Assembly: GCF_006345805.1 (NCBI RefSeq)
Contig: NC_042998.1
Coordinates: forward strand, 154,008,001-154,072,000
Reading direction: 5' to 3'
DNA from: Octopus sinensis
Lineage: Eukaryota
DNA length: 64,000 nucleotides
Shown here: piece after piece, positions 39,048 through 51,633 of the stretch
Layout: every line of letters begins with the position of its first letter
Numbering within the stretch: position 1 is the first letter of the stretch
Program-made: the position numbers and the translations under genes
Notes under the pieces: generated by a model
Seen by the model: only the letters and a program-made list of their open reading frames with translations
Told to the model about the DNA's origin: nothing
Database searches by the model: none

Positions 39048-39516
39048 CTACATAATAAATAGACCACCTAACTATTAAATAATATATTGTCTTTCAAATC
39101 TATTTCTCAAAGTAAATTATATGTAATACATTAAATCACATTATAAAAATAATAATAAACATAATAAATAAATAGATATACAAATCATAACTAATAATTA
39201 TCAAGAAATTATATATAAATTAATATTTTAATGATAATGATAATAATAATCAAACATAATACAATTCAAAAGTTAAATAATATTGTTAAATAAAAAACGT
39301 TACTTATCTCGTCGATGAATATTATTATTATTATTATTATTATCATTGTTAAAATATTAATTTATATATAATTTCTTGATAATTATTAGTTATGACACGT
39401 ATATCTATTTATTATGTTTATTATTATTTTTATAATGTGATTTACACATAATTTACTTTGAGAAATAGATTTGTAAGACAATATATTATTTAATAGTTAG
39501 GTGGTCTATTACGTAG
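39048..39516. repeat. ~200 bp inverted repeat with ~70 bp spacer
   Basis: 39048-39250 is the reverse complement of 39321-39516 with few indels. Confidence 0.92.
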
Positions 39517-39975
39517 TTTTATGGGCAGTAAGTATTAATTTTATTTCTCCCATACTTAGATTAGTGTATCTCTTTCCGAAGATGAGAGTGCTATTAAGGA
39601 CTACAGGGTTTATTGATGCATAATAATTTTGTATATCAATTTGAATTAATTTTTGGTTATGTCTATTTCCTATCTGTGTATTGGAAAACTAATCTAATGC
39701 TCCGTGTGTGTTTTTCCATAAATTGAGTTTAACTTTATTTCTAATTATAGGTGGTATTTATCTAATATTATTTTACTCAATTTACCTAAGTCTAATTTAC
39801 TGGGACAAATTAGTCTAACATGTGTTTTGTAAGGGAAGTTCTCCTTGTGGTCCTTAATTGTTATACGTGGTCTTATAGGAGTAAATGCTTCAGTTTTTTC
39901 ACCTAAATTAAAATCTAACATAATATTTCTTGCTTCTAGGTTTATCTTTCTTAATGTAACATTAGGTACAACCTT
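39500..39975 (-). mobile_element. Penelope-like RT N-terminal fragment
   Basis: RITIKDHKENFPYKTHVRLICPSKLDLGKLSKIILDK...LNLWKNT...LIQIDIQNYYASIN. Confidence 0.85.
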
Positions 39976-40530
39976 TTATGTTTTTGTTATATTTATATTT
40001 ATTTATAACTTAACCCTATGTACTTTATAAAATCTCTGACAAAGCCTAGAAAAACACCCAAGTACCTCAATTTCATCTACTTATTACTTAAGTCTACTGG
40101 AGTAATAAAGGTAGAATGAGGTATTTTTGCCTCTTGGCTGAAACAGCTGTAAGTTATTTTCCCAATTTATATTCATGTATGTTATATTGTAATAATTACT
40201 GGTATCTTTATATATTAATATATTTTATATTTTAGATGTAAAGCATAATGTTATACATGTATGTATATTCTTGTAATTGTCAGTTTAGTAAATGAATAAG
40301 TTGACAATATAATGTCTCTAAAAGTTGATGAACCACCTATTGATCCCCTCCATTTTCTTATTGCTCTATAAATTAATGGTAAAATATCTCTTTACCTTCA
40401 CCCATTTAGTACACTAGGTAATGTAATTGCAATGCAATAAAAAAACACTTGTGTATTAATAATTGGGCATTCCACCAGCAGTATATTGGATAGATATTAT
40501 CCCTTACTTGGTTGGATTCACAACCTCTAA
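39975..40530 (+). mobile_element. Inverted pseudo-LTR-like segment with mutated hammerhead, copy 2
   Basis: Homologous to 18540-19080; hammerhead at 40031-40155 has CUGACAA in place of CUGANGA. Confidence 0.65.
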
Positions 40531-40537
40531 CTTTCTT

Positions 40538-40538
40538 G

Positions 40539-40577
<39 letters not shown>

Positions 40578-40581
40578 GTAT

Positions 40582-40620
<39 letters not shown>

Positions 40621-40674
40621 ATATATATATATATATATACACATATATGTATATATATATAAATAATATATATA

Positions 40675-40714
<40 letters not shown>

Positions 40715-40743
40715 TGTATATATATATAAATAATATATATATT

Positions 40744-40775
<32 letters not shown>

Positions 40776-40955
40776 TGTATATATATATAAATAATATATA
40801 TATTATATAATATATATATATATATATACACATATATGTATATATATATAAATAATATATATATTATATATAAATTATATATATATATATATATTGGCTA
40901 AACTGGCAAAATGACCATTCCGAAATACAACAATATATATATATATATATATAAT
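40538..40955. repeat. (AT)n compound microsatellite with ~50 bp higher-order units
   Basis: ATATATACACATATATGTATATATATATAAATAATATATATAT repeated about five times. Confidence 0.9.
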
Positions 40956-41009
40956 AACAATATAATAAATAAAACATATGCATATATACATACATGCTTT
41001 AACTCAGAT

Positions 41010-44000
41010 TTGTCCTAGAGCCCATAGAAGATTGTTTTTGGTCAACCATCTATCATGTCAGCTACCTATAGATCGAAACTGAGATCTGCGAGAAGGGCTT
41101 CTCATCAGGATGATGGTCCTACCAACGGTCATCTCAACGAGCAGTTGCTGTTGCTCAAACAAGAGGTCGAGCACCTAAAGTCTGTTGTTGCTCATTTACT
41201 AAATGACGCAGAGCCACCCTTGATTTCTTCCCTGGAGACGTCCAAACCGAAGGGAACAAAATCGAAGCGGCCAAAGAAGGCGAAGGAACCGGCGGTCGTT
41301 TCCGCACGTGATCGTTCCTGTGCGGATTCTTCCTCATCTGCCTTTTCGGTCCCGGAGGTTCCCCAACCTAATTTGAAGAGCGTAGACTCAAACCCACCTG
41401 AAGACCGTTGTTCTCCCAAAAAGAAGAAACGTAGTCAAAACTCCAGTGGGGCAGATTTAGCTACGAAACCTGCTCACGATAAAATCTGTTTGGATTCTCC
41501 CTCACTTGTCCTTCCCATTAATCCCATTGCTCAACCAATTCTGAACGATCTTGATGTGAGTTCATCTGGGGAGTGGTGCTCCCCCAAACCAAAGAAGAGG
41601 CAGTGCAGTTCCAAACCAGATGGGAAAGTTATGACCACTAAACCCATTCCGATCGACCCCAAAGGCCGACATAAGTCTGATGGCTATGAAACCACCCTTT
41701 CGAAATCATCCAACGAAGAATCGAATGCCGCAGCTCATAGTAGAGAACAGAAAGACCATTTTTCCCACTCAAGATCAGCAATCATTTATGGTAAAGCTGA
41801 ATCCACCTGTGATACAGGCATAAACTGCCTAAAAGAAGACATAAATTTTGTTTCCGTTTTAGTTGGAGAATTGTTCTCTGTCAACGAAAATGTCAGTATC
41901 CATAAGGTCGCTCAGCTAGGAAGATTCCAAGCGAACTCAACCTCAGACACTAGACCACACCCAATAAGAGTAATCTTTTCTTCCGATCAGGAGGCTTCAA
42001 CCTTTCTGAACAGAGCTCAGATGCATGCCTGGGAGGACCCCAATATGGGTTTTCGCGAGGAATACTCACTGAGAGAGAGAATTCGCCGAAGAAACCTAAT
42101 ATCCGAACTGAAGATGAGAAAACAGATGGGAAGAAGGGTTTACGCATCCAAGATGGACAAATAATCAAGTCCTACCTCTGGTCGCATGCTGTAGTGCTGA
42201 CAGGGAAAGTGAATTGAGGGCAAATCGAAGTAAAGTAGATACCCCTGTCAACGATGCTATCTCTGATACCCCTTATTCTGCTTGTTCCCCAATTGCTGCC
42301 CCTCAAACTTCACAGCTCAGCATCGTCTATACCAACTCATGCTCCTTATTTCCAAAGTTCAGCGAATTATTTTTGGCTGACTCCAGCAGTAAAGGACTCA
42401 GAAATCCACCTACAGGGCTACACCCTCTTCAGATGTGACAGAGAAAAAAGGCGAGGTGGAGATGTTGCTGTGTATGTTAAATCTGATCTCAAACCGTCCA
42501 GCGGTATTCTACCCACTAATGCTCAACCTACAACGAAATTCAATGCCGTCTATTGCAAGCTGAGCCTATCCGGGTTTTGCCTGCCCGTGTCTACAGGCTG
42601 CCTCTTGCTGACCCCCAGGACGATGCTCATTTACTCGAAGTGATAAGATTCGTTTCAGCTTCTCATGACTGTTTGATATTAGGAGACTTCAACGCTCCCA
42701 CGATCGATTGGCCCGCATCAACTTGAACATTATCTTCCCGGTTCGGCCAGACCCTTCTTGACGTAGCTGAAGATTGTTTTCTATCGCAACATGTTGAATA
42801 TCCGACAAGGCATCGGTCTGGGCAACAGTCATCTATGCTGGATCTGGTATTCTCCCGCTATCCAAGATCAGTGTCAGACGTATCTGTGTGCGCCCCTCTT
42901 GCCAAGAGTGATCATGCGGTCCTGAAGTTCGTCATGCACACAACTTTTTCTATGCCCACGACTACTTCGCTGCAATTAATCTTGAAATTCTAACCAAGGC
43001 TTCCGCGCTTCTGGACTGGCGATCCCTGATGACGTTGTCCTCAGTTGACGAACTATGGTCATCCCTCAAAGCATATGTAATCTGGTTGACTGACCAAGCA
43101 GTTCCCGTTGGGCTTCCCAAGAAGAAGAAACACAAGCCCTGGGTGACGAAGAAGGTTAAACGAGAACTTCGACACAGAGATATTGCTTGGGCTGAATTAA
43201 AAAATCTGGATTCGACTGCAGCTTTTGAGGTGTACAAAACTTAACGAGACCGAACCGTGAAAATTGAAAAGGAAGAACGCTTCAGATATGAATACAAAAT
43301 CGCGGCAAATGCCAGTAGCAATCCAAAAACCTTCTTTGCCCATGTCCAACGGAATTCCCGCTTGAACAACCAAATTGCAACGTTGGTAGACTCAACAGGC
43401 GTATCGATTGAGGACCCTTATCGACAGAGTCAATTATTTGCCGAGGCTTTTTCAACTATTTTCAAACAAGATGATGGTCGTGAACCCCCTCCATTTGATA
43501 GATCGGTACCTCCAATGCTTCGATTGGTCACCATGCGGGACGAAGTCGAACGCGTTATTCAAGGCCTCGATGTCAACAAGGGTCACGGCCCTGACGGCAT
43601 ACACCCAGGGGTTATCAAAGCGTTGGCTCCGGTCATCTGCGAGCCCTTAACACGTTTATTCAATATGTCATTGGCGACGGGTGTTATACCTGCGGACTGG
43701 AGAACAGCGATAATCTTCCCAATTTTCAAGAAAGGGAGCCGCGAAGACCCGCTTAACTACCGACCGGTTTCCCTTACATCAATAATCAGCAAGATGTTCG
43801 AAACCATCCTTAAGAAAAGTATGATGCTCCACCTCCAAAACACAGCCTCTATCTCTGATTCCCAACATGGCTTTGTGCTGAAGAGATCATGCTTGACCAA
43901 CTTACTGGTAATGGAAGAATTGGTGACGCGCATCCTTGATGATAGTGATGTTGTTAACATTGTTTTATTGGACTTTGCCAAAGCTTTTGACTCGGTAAAC

Positions 44001-45105
44001 CACCGCCTATTACTTGTCAAGCTTCAAGCATATAGTTTCAATCCGGATATTGTATGATGGATTGGTGCCTTCCTCTCAGATCGCTCCTTCCAAGTCTAAG
44101 TTAATGGTTCGCGGTCCGACGTCTCCAGTGCGAGCAGTGGCGTGCCTCAAGGTTCAGTGCTTGGGCCCTTATTGTTCTTAGTCTTCATAAATGACTTGCC
44201 CGACGACCTCACGCAACACACCCTTCTATTTGCCGACAATGTCAAACTGGTCACTCCTCGCGGTGATACAGAGGATCTTCGTCGATGCCTCCACCATATT
44301 TGGAGATGGTCTAACGAATGGGACCTGTGTCTGAACATGTCAAAGTGCTGTCATCTGCTTGTTGGCTCTCCTCCTGCAACTCAACTTGATTTCGAGCCAT
44401 TTCGTCTGCTGTTGGAGAGGACCAATCAGGTAAAGGACCTGGGTATCTTGGTGGATTCTTCCTTTTCGCCTTCGGCCCAGTGCGTCCATGCTGCCAACAA
44501 AGCACACGGAATTCTGTTCTTGATTCGATGGTCATTCGGAATGCTCACAGCAGCCATATTCCTACCGCTCTATGTCACGCTGGTGAGACCCATATTGGAG
44601 TACAGGATTCAAGCCTCTTCTCCTTATCTCCTCAAAGACATACAGCATCTCAAAAGAGTCCAGAAGCTGGCTACCCGTATGGTTCTTGGTCTCAAGAATT
44701 TGTCTTATGAAGAAAGGCTGAAGACGCTCGACCTTTATTCTCTAGAAAAATGATGATGCCGTGGAGATCTCATTCTCGCTCACAACATCATAAGCGGAAA
44801 GTGTAACCTCTCGAAAGAGCTGTTCTTCACTCCTGCTCCAGAGCGTCGGCTGCGGGGTCATTCTGAAAAGTTCTATCTGCGACGATTTCATCTCAATCGA
44901 AGGAGAGGGGCTTTCTCCGTCCAGGTTGCGGATCCGTGGAATAAGCTGCCAGATGAGATGGTGAAGATGCCGATAACCGCTCGGTTCAAAGTCTCCCTTG
45001 ACCTCAAGTGGCCTGAACTCTTTACATGAACACCACCCTGTACATAACTCCATGTCCCCCTACATGGCCTTGCTCTTTGCTTTTTGAGCCAAAAAATTAA
45101 CTAAG
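41010..45105 (+). mobile_element. Full-length decayed CR1-group LINE (ORF1 + APE-RT ORF2)
   Basis: ORF1 41055-42164 (RPHPIRVIF...REEYSLRER); ORF2 pieces RCDREKRRGGDV, GDFNAP, SDHAVL, GPDGI, NYRPVSLTS, LDFAKAFDSV, PQGSVLGP, FADNVKL; several stops/frameshifts. Confidence 0.92.
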
Positions 45106-45129
45106 TATATATGTACATACCTACATCTA

Positions 45130-45790
45130 TATGTATATATATATGCATATATGAGTACAGGACACCACAAATAAACGTAGAACACTGTGAGAAACGAAAA
45201 CATAAAATCAAACAAGGAAACAGACTTTTTTTAACAACGAAAAAACAGACTACAAGACAAACAATACAAGGAAAATTCCCCTTCATCAGCTGCCCCTGTT
45301 TCGACTCAATGCGTGTTTCGAAGGTAAGGGCAGAACACAATCCAGCCAAAGCAGTCCTTCCTGCAAAATGAATTAAATTAAATTCTTTTGCAGAGGGCTA
45401 AAACAAGTAACAAGAACAGGACATAAAAGCAATACAAATGAAGAAAAAACAGTACAAATGAAGAATAACAGGACAAGGAAACCAATAATAAGGGGGTTTT
45501 TTTTAAGCCTAGACGGTGGAAAAATTCGTTAGAACAAATTCTGAAGACAGAAGACAGCCGATGTTGACTGGTTGAAAGCTGAGGGCAGAAAGAAAGTTAG
45601 TAGTCCGGTCAGAGACGAGAGAGGAGGAGGAGTGAGAGAGAGAGAGAGGAAAAGAAACCAGAAAGGGTGAAAAATAAGAAGGAGAGAGACAGGTAGAGAG
45701 GAAGACAGACAGGCAGGGAGGAAAGGTCAAGTAAAGAGTTAAGAGTGCACGTCATAATTATTCAAATAAAAACTTACTTGGAGAAGATAT
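45130..45790. repeat. Probable interspersed repeat, possibly a Penelope pseudo-LTR
   Basis: Purine-rich, with CTGATGA and GAAAC motifs on the minus strand; no clear coding. Confidence 0.35.
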
Positions 45791-45921
45791 ATATATATAC
45801 TAAGTAATTAAGGGTTTAGCAACGATTTGCCTCACCACACACCAAATTTAGAAATAGCAGTCAAAGAGTTATGGCTATTCTTTCTACATATATATATACA
45901 TATATATATATATATACATAT

Positions 45922-46943
45922 TGTTACAGAGGCAAGAAAAAGTAAACGAACAGAAAACATTATGCCCCTTGTTCCATTAGTTGGAATTGAACCGGCGCTC
46001 CAGTTGTTCAGGACAATGGTATTTCCTTTGTCCTGTCAAGACCACGATTATTAATGATCCCAGGCATTGACCTACAGCTCCAACAGTCACGGAAAGTTGA
46101 AGAAAAAAAAAATGCTACCCGTTATAAATACGGCTAGCATTAAGTTTGTTGGTCAGTCAGCCAGAATCCGTGAGCAGAGCGGAGAGGGAGTGAGTTGGAG
46201 ATGGTGGAGGGGGTGAGAGGCAGCGACAAAGATGACAGGCATGGTCTAGAGAGAGACAGACAGTGAGTGTGAGAGAGAGAGGTAGTAAGGAAGATAACAG
46301 TGAAGGGGCAGAGAGAGACATAAAGAAGCCGGACTACTATAGTGGGGTTTTGTGATGTCAGGGAGTGTTGCAGGCGAGGAACATGCGGTAATGTTTTATT
46401 CGTGTTTTGAATTTCGATAATTAAATGTTTGAAAAAGAAAGAGAAAGAAAAGAGAAAAAAACGTGTTGTGGGCTGTTTTCAAAAGAAGAGAAAGGGAAGA
46501 ATAAAAAGAGAACTTGGAACTCTAAGAAACTGTTGATTTTGAACTTTGTGCTACATATAAACAAAACGATTGTCTTCAGAAAAAGGACCGAACTGTATTG
46601 AGTCAAATGTTAAATGATTGCTTTTTGAACTCTGTACTATGTTTAAATGCATATGATTTGGTTTTTCGAACTCTGTATTATGTTTAAATTCAAATGATTG
46701 TTCTTCGAACTCTGTATATGATTTGTCAACCTTTGGAAGGCTTTGATTTTGTTTTGAAAAACATTGCTGAATTACACAACATCCGCTGTCTCTTTCTCCT
46801 TTTCTTGTTGTCTTGGTTCCTGGCTGCATTCGCCGCCGTCCCCACCATCCCGTAATGGATTTCCGGTTTGCTGAGCGTTGTTGTCACTACTTAGGACCCG
46901 TGGTGGAATCGGAAGGCCTTGGGCCCTGTGCGGTGGCATAACA
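45922..46943 (+). mobile_element. Solo LTR (1022 bp), probably Gypsy-type
   Basis: Termini TGTTA...TAACA, 4-bp TSD ATAT (45918-45921, 46944-46947), TATAAA at 46123, TCAGT Inr at 46153-46157, AATAAA near 46500. Confidence 0.8.
46123..46157 (+). promoter_or_regulatory. TATA box + initiator in the solo LTR
   Basis: TATAAA starts 32 nt upstream of the A in TCAGT. Confidence 0.55.
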
Positions 46944-46995
46944 ATATATTTATATATATTATATATATATATGACTAATATATATATATATAAAA

Positions 46996-47084
<89 letters not shown>

Positions 47085-47295
47085 GTATATATGTATATAC
47101 ATATATGTATATATGTGTATATATATTATATATATTTGTATATGTATATATGTATATACATATATGTATATATGTGTATAGATATATATTTGTATATATG
47201 ATTGATTGATTGATTGATTGATTGATTCTAGTTTCAGCTTATGAGCTGTGGCCATGCTGGGGCACCGCCATTTGGTGTTGCTACCTGGTTTCACT

Positions 47296-50200
47296 TCATG
47301 GAGGCTTTCTAGCAACTGCTATTTGGTGCATGAGAGAGTTCGATGCAGCTGCCCTCATCTGCCCCTCCTGCCGTGAAGTTGGTTCATCTGGGACACCTGA
47401 CAGGAAGAGATCCAGCTCCATTTTAAAGACATCTGTATCCACCCCATGCAGGTCTCTCAGGTTCTTCGGGAGGATATTGAAGAGCTGTGGGCCTCGGAAG
47501 CCCAGGCTATCACAGAATCTTGTCCTACATCTTGATGGCAAGTTTGGAGTCCTAGGCACCACGCAGTGGCGCCCAGTTCTGGCATTTGCGTAACTCTCGA
47601 TGCCAAAGTTCAGGACACTTCCCTCCAGGATCTTCCAGATGTATATTATGGCATATCTTTCCCACCTACGCTCCAGGGAATATAATTTTAATCTCTTGAG
47701 TCTTTCCCAGTAGCTTACATTCTGCATAGAGGCTATCTTCTTCGTGTAGCTTCGTTGGATCGCCTCAAGTTCTGTGATCAACTTGACACTGGATGGTGAC
47801 CATAGCTGAGAGCAATAGTCAAAGTGACTTAGGACAAGTGTCTTCCAGAGAACCATCATGGTTTCTTGTTCTCTTGTTCTAAAGGTTCTAAGAATCCATC
47901 CAGTCTGCATTTCATTGTCAGTTTAGCAACATGTACATGAAAGGTCGCGTCATCACTCATGTGAATACCCAGGTCACGCACTGATTGTGCCTCTGGGATT
48001 GCAATCCCTCCGGGTCCAGTGTATTCCTTGGGTATTGCATTCAGTTTTGCATGCTGATAGTATAAAGCTTGAAACTTTTCAGCATTGAACTGCATGCTAT
48101 TCTTTTCAGCCCACTTATATATTTCGTCCAGCTCATATTGCAGGTGCCTAGTGTCTTCAGGGTTCTGTATTGCCTGTGAAACTTTTGTATCATCTGCATA
48201 ACTTGTGATTGTGGCTCTCCGCGTGGCTGAGGGCATGTCTGAGAGGGCCATTATGAACAGTAGTGGTCCCAAAACAGTGCCCTGTGGAACACCGCTCACT
48301 ATTTGCGTGCTAATGGAAGTGGCCCCATTGGCTACTACCACCTGACTTCTATTCTTCAGAAAGTCGTGAAGCCATTTTCCTAGTTTTCCAACTATGCCAA
48401 GATCACGCAGTTTGTGACATATCATTCCATGATCGACTTTATCAAAGGCCTTTGCGAAGTCGAGATATATGACTTCCACATTTGAGTGGTTGAGCAGTTG
48501 TTTCAGCACCCAGTCATAGTGCTGCAGGAGCTGAGTTAAGCAGCTTCTTCCTGGTCGGAAACCATGTTGGGTGTCAGGCAGCAAGTCATTTTCTTCAAGG
48601 AAGGTGATTAGTTTCCTTCTGACTATTCGTTCCATGACCTTGCTGATGTGTGAGGTCAGAGAGATAGGTCTGTAGTTCTTGTCCTCCGCTCTGCTACCTC
48701 CTTTATGAATAGGGCATATTTTACCTTCCTTCAGTTTTCTTGGAAGTTTGCCAGCTGCAAGGAAGCTCTGAAAGAGGAACTGCAGTGGTCTTGCTAAGAC
48801 TCTCTTACATACTTTTAGGAGGATTGCCGGGAATCCATCGGTGCCAATAGCTGAGTCTATTTTCATTTCATCTATAGCCTTTATTACATCGTCTTCCTTT
48901 ATATCGATGTAATTTATCGTCGCCGCCTCTGATTCTATATCTGCAGTGGTAAAGAAGTCAGTTGGATTGCTGATTTGGAAATGCCCAAGGGGTGGAGTGA
49001 AAACACCCTTGAATTGTTCATTCAGTATTTCACTTACCCTCATTGGTTTTCCTGTGAGTGTGCCATCCTTTTCAAGGAGTGGCCCTATCCTACAGTGCAC
49101 CGTAGCTGTTTCTTTGGCATACCTGTAGAAAGCTCTGGGGTTAGTTTTTATGTTGTCTATAGCCCAGGCTTCTTTGTCTGCTCTTTCCTTCTCATGGGAG
49201 AGTTGCAGACAATTTTCAATTTCCAACAGTTTTATTTTCAGGCGGGACTTTTCACTGCTTTCAATTTGTTTGTTTAGGCGATTTGAAATTTTTGTACGCC
49301 GTCTCATTAAAATTTTCCTCTCTCTGGGGATTTTGTTCTTGTGTACAGTGGCCTTTCTCTCTGGGACACATTTGTAGCATATGGCTTGCATTACAGACAT
49401 GAATTGTTGAAGTATCATGTCGATGTCCGGCAAGGAGAGACATTCAGGCCAGTTTTGTTTGAGGATCTCTTTCTCAATTTGTTTCCAGTTTGCCTTATTG
49501 AAGTTCAAGCTGGAAAGATTCTGAGGGTTTCTTGTAGGCTGCATGTCCGTGCTCTCTTTTGGCCCGTACATGGTCAGCTCTACCATGTTGTGATCCGAGA
49601 GTAGTGTCGGTGTCACTTTCACATTATGGATGAGATCCATATTATTTGTGAAGCAGAGATCCAGTGTGTTACCCGCTCTGGTTGGTTGGAGTATTACTTG
49701 CTCCATGTACAGGGTGTTGGTGAGGTTCAGGAGGGACCTCGCCTGTCCTCGTTCACATCTTGTCATTCCTGGGAGAGAAAGGCCCTCGGGCCATCTGACA
49801 TTCGGTAGATTGAAGTCTCCCATGAGAAGTACACTTATGTGTTGTTCTAATGTGGTTAGAACTTCTTCTATTTTTAAAAGGCAGTCCTCAAACTTGCCCA
49901 TATGACTTGGGGAATCTGGAGGGCGATATGTAGCACACACAACTACATCAAGTTGCCTTATGTGTACAATTAGTGTGTCACACACCGAGTTTGAGTATGA
50001 CAAAAGGACCTGGGGTGTGAGGTCCCCACGGATGTACATAGCAACTCCTCCATGACTTCTTTCTTTCCTGTCGGTCCGTAGTACAACATACTGTGGTATG
50101 TGTAATTCCGCATCTGCTATGTCTGGTTTCAGATGCGTTTCTGTGAGTGCTATGCATAAGGCTTGATTGCATGCGACAAAGTCTCTCAGGAACGGGACTT

Positions 50201-50393
50201 TTGTCCTGTTACTGTGTGTTAGTAGTCCTCTGATGTTCAGTAGGAGCATCGAGGTGAGGTGTATGCTGTTGCCGGCGGTGTCCACCCTGGGTCCATCTGC
50301 TGTGGCGGTCTTGTGAACCGTGGGCAGTTCCATCTGCGAGCCTGAGCCTGATGGAGCCAGGTTAGCTGCTGTACAATCTTTTGTGCCATGCAC
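47296..50393 (-). pseudogene. LINE ORF2 (APE + RT) broken by one frameshift near 47900
   Basis: NIRGL, LTETHL, MGDFN, SDHN, NYRPISLTS, YLDFAKAFD, PQGTVLGP, YADD; continues as GWILRTF...SHFDYCSQLW. Confidence 0.9.
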
Positions 50394-50839
50394 AAAAAAG
50401 ATTCCTGCTCAGCAGCTGCCCTTTCAACAACACGTTGGTGGTTTGTGGTACGCACCACATCTGCGTACCTCCGTTTTGGGGCCGGTGATGCGTGGTCCAT
50501 CCCATTTCCTTTCGGTGGTTGGTTTCTGTGGCAGGTTCCCGGATGTGCAAAGCGGCAGCCTGCACCTTCCTCTCCATGCCGGTAGGCACCTTTCAGGTAG
50601 AACCTACATACCCGTGTGCGCTGCTTGTTTCCATCCTTTTTGGCATATGGATAGTTAGGTTTGCCTCTATCCCTGGCTGTCTTGCCCCTTGGCTTTGTCT
50701 GAGTTTTAGCTTCAGTTTTTCCTCTTTTTTTGGCCTCTTCATCTCCATGTCCATGGCTTTTGGTGCCGGTAGGAGCATCCGTACCTGGGTTCACCTCCCG
50801 GGCAGGCCTCTCGCTGGAGTTTTCTTCCTGGGCGTCCAC
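50237..50839 (-). CDS. LINE ORF1 protein with CCCH-type zinc finger (one Cys to Tyr)
   Basis: CRFYLKGAYRHGEEGAGCRFAH; true start may be upstream. Confidence 0.65.
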   Translation of the reverse strand: MDAQEENSSERPAREVNPGTDAPTGTKSHGHGDEEAKKRGKTEAKTQTKPRGKTARDRGKPNYPYAKKDGNKQRTRVCRFYLKGAYRHGEEGAGCRFAHPGTCHRNQPPKGNGMDHASPAPKRRYADVVRTTNHQRVVERAAAEQESFLCMAQKIVQQLTWLHQAQARRWNCPRFTRPPQQMDPGWTPPATAYTSPRCSY

Positions 50840-51329
50840 CAGGTGGGGGTGACCCTCCTCATCTGCGCCCGCGTCTCCATCCTTGCCATCTTTACTTTGT
50901 TCGCGTTTTTCCCTGTTAAAAATGGCATCCAGTGTGTTTATGTGCCATCTGACAAGTGCGTATTAGCGTACGAACTATATATATATATATAGATAGATAT
51001 ATGTATATACATATATGTATATATGTGTATATATATATATTTGTGTATATATATATTATATATATATAGATAGATATATGTATATACATATATGTATATA
51101 TGTGTATATATATATATTTGTATATATATATTATATATATATATAGATAGATATATGTATATATGTATATACATATATGTGTATATATATATATGTATTT
51201 GTATATATATATGTATATATGTATATACATATATGTGTATATTATATATATATATTTGTATATATATATATATGTATATATGTATATATATAGATATGTA
51301 TATATATAAAATATATATATATATGTATT

Positions 51330-51387
<58 letters not shown>

Positions 51388-51433
51388 AAATATATATATA
51401 TATTTATATTTGTATATATATATATATGTGTGC

Positions 51434-51615
51434 AGGTGGCACGTAAAGAGCACCCACTCCACTGGCGGAGTGGTTGGCGTTAGGAAGAGCATCCAGCCGT
51501 AGAAACTCTGCCAGATCAGACTGGAGCCTGGAGCAGCCCCTGGCTTCCCAGACCCCGGTCAAACCGTCCAACCCGTGCTAGCGCGGAAAACTGACGTTAA
51601 ACGATGATGATGATG
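51434..51615 (+). mobile_element. RTE-family 3' tail fragment
   Basis: Matches 21000-21165; (GAT)n tail. Confidence 0.85.
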
Positions 51616-51633
51616 TATATATGTATATACATG

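Larger units (their letters stand above)
47197..50975 (-). mobile_element. Nearly intact full-length CR1-group LINE with CCCH ORF1
   Basis: ORF1, 845-aa ORF2 part and 204-aa C-terminal part; stem-loop tail plus (CAAT)n; flanked by (AT)n on both sides. Confidence 0.93.

Noticed and set aside
45260-45340. Hammerhead-like CTGATGA and GAAAC motifs on the minus strand
   Set aside because: Stems I, II and III could not be closed consistently in any topology; no GAAA follows the putative stem II
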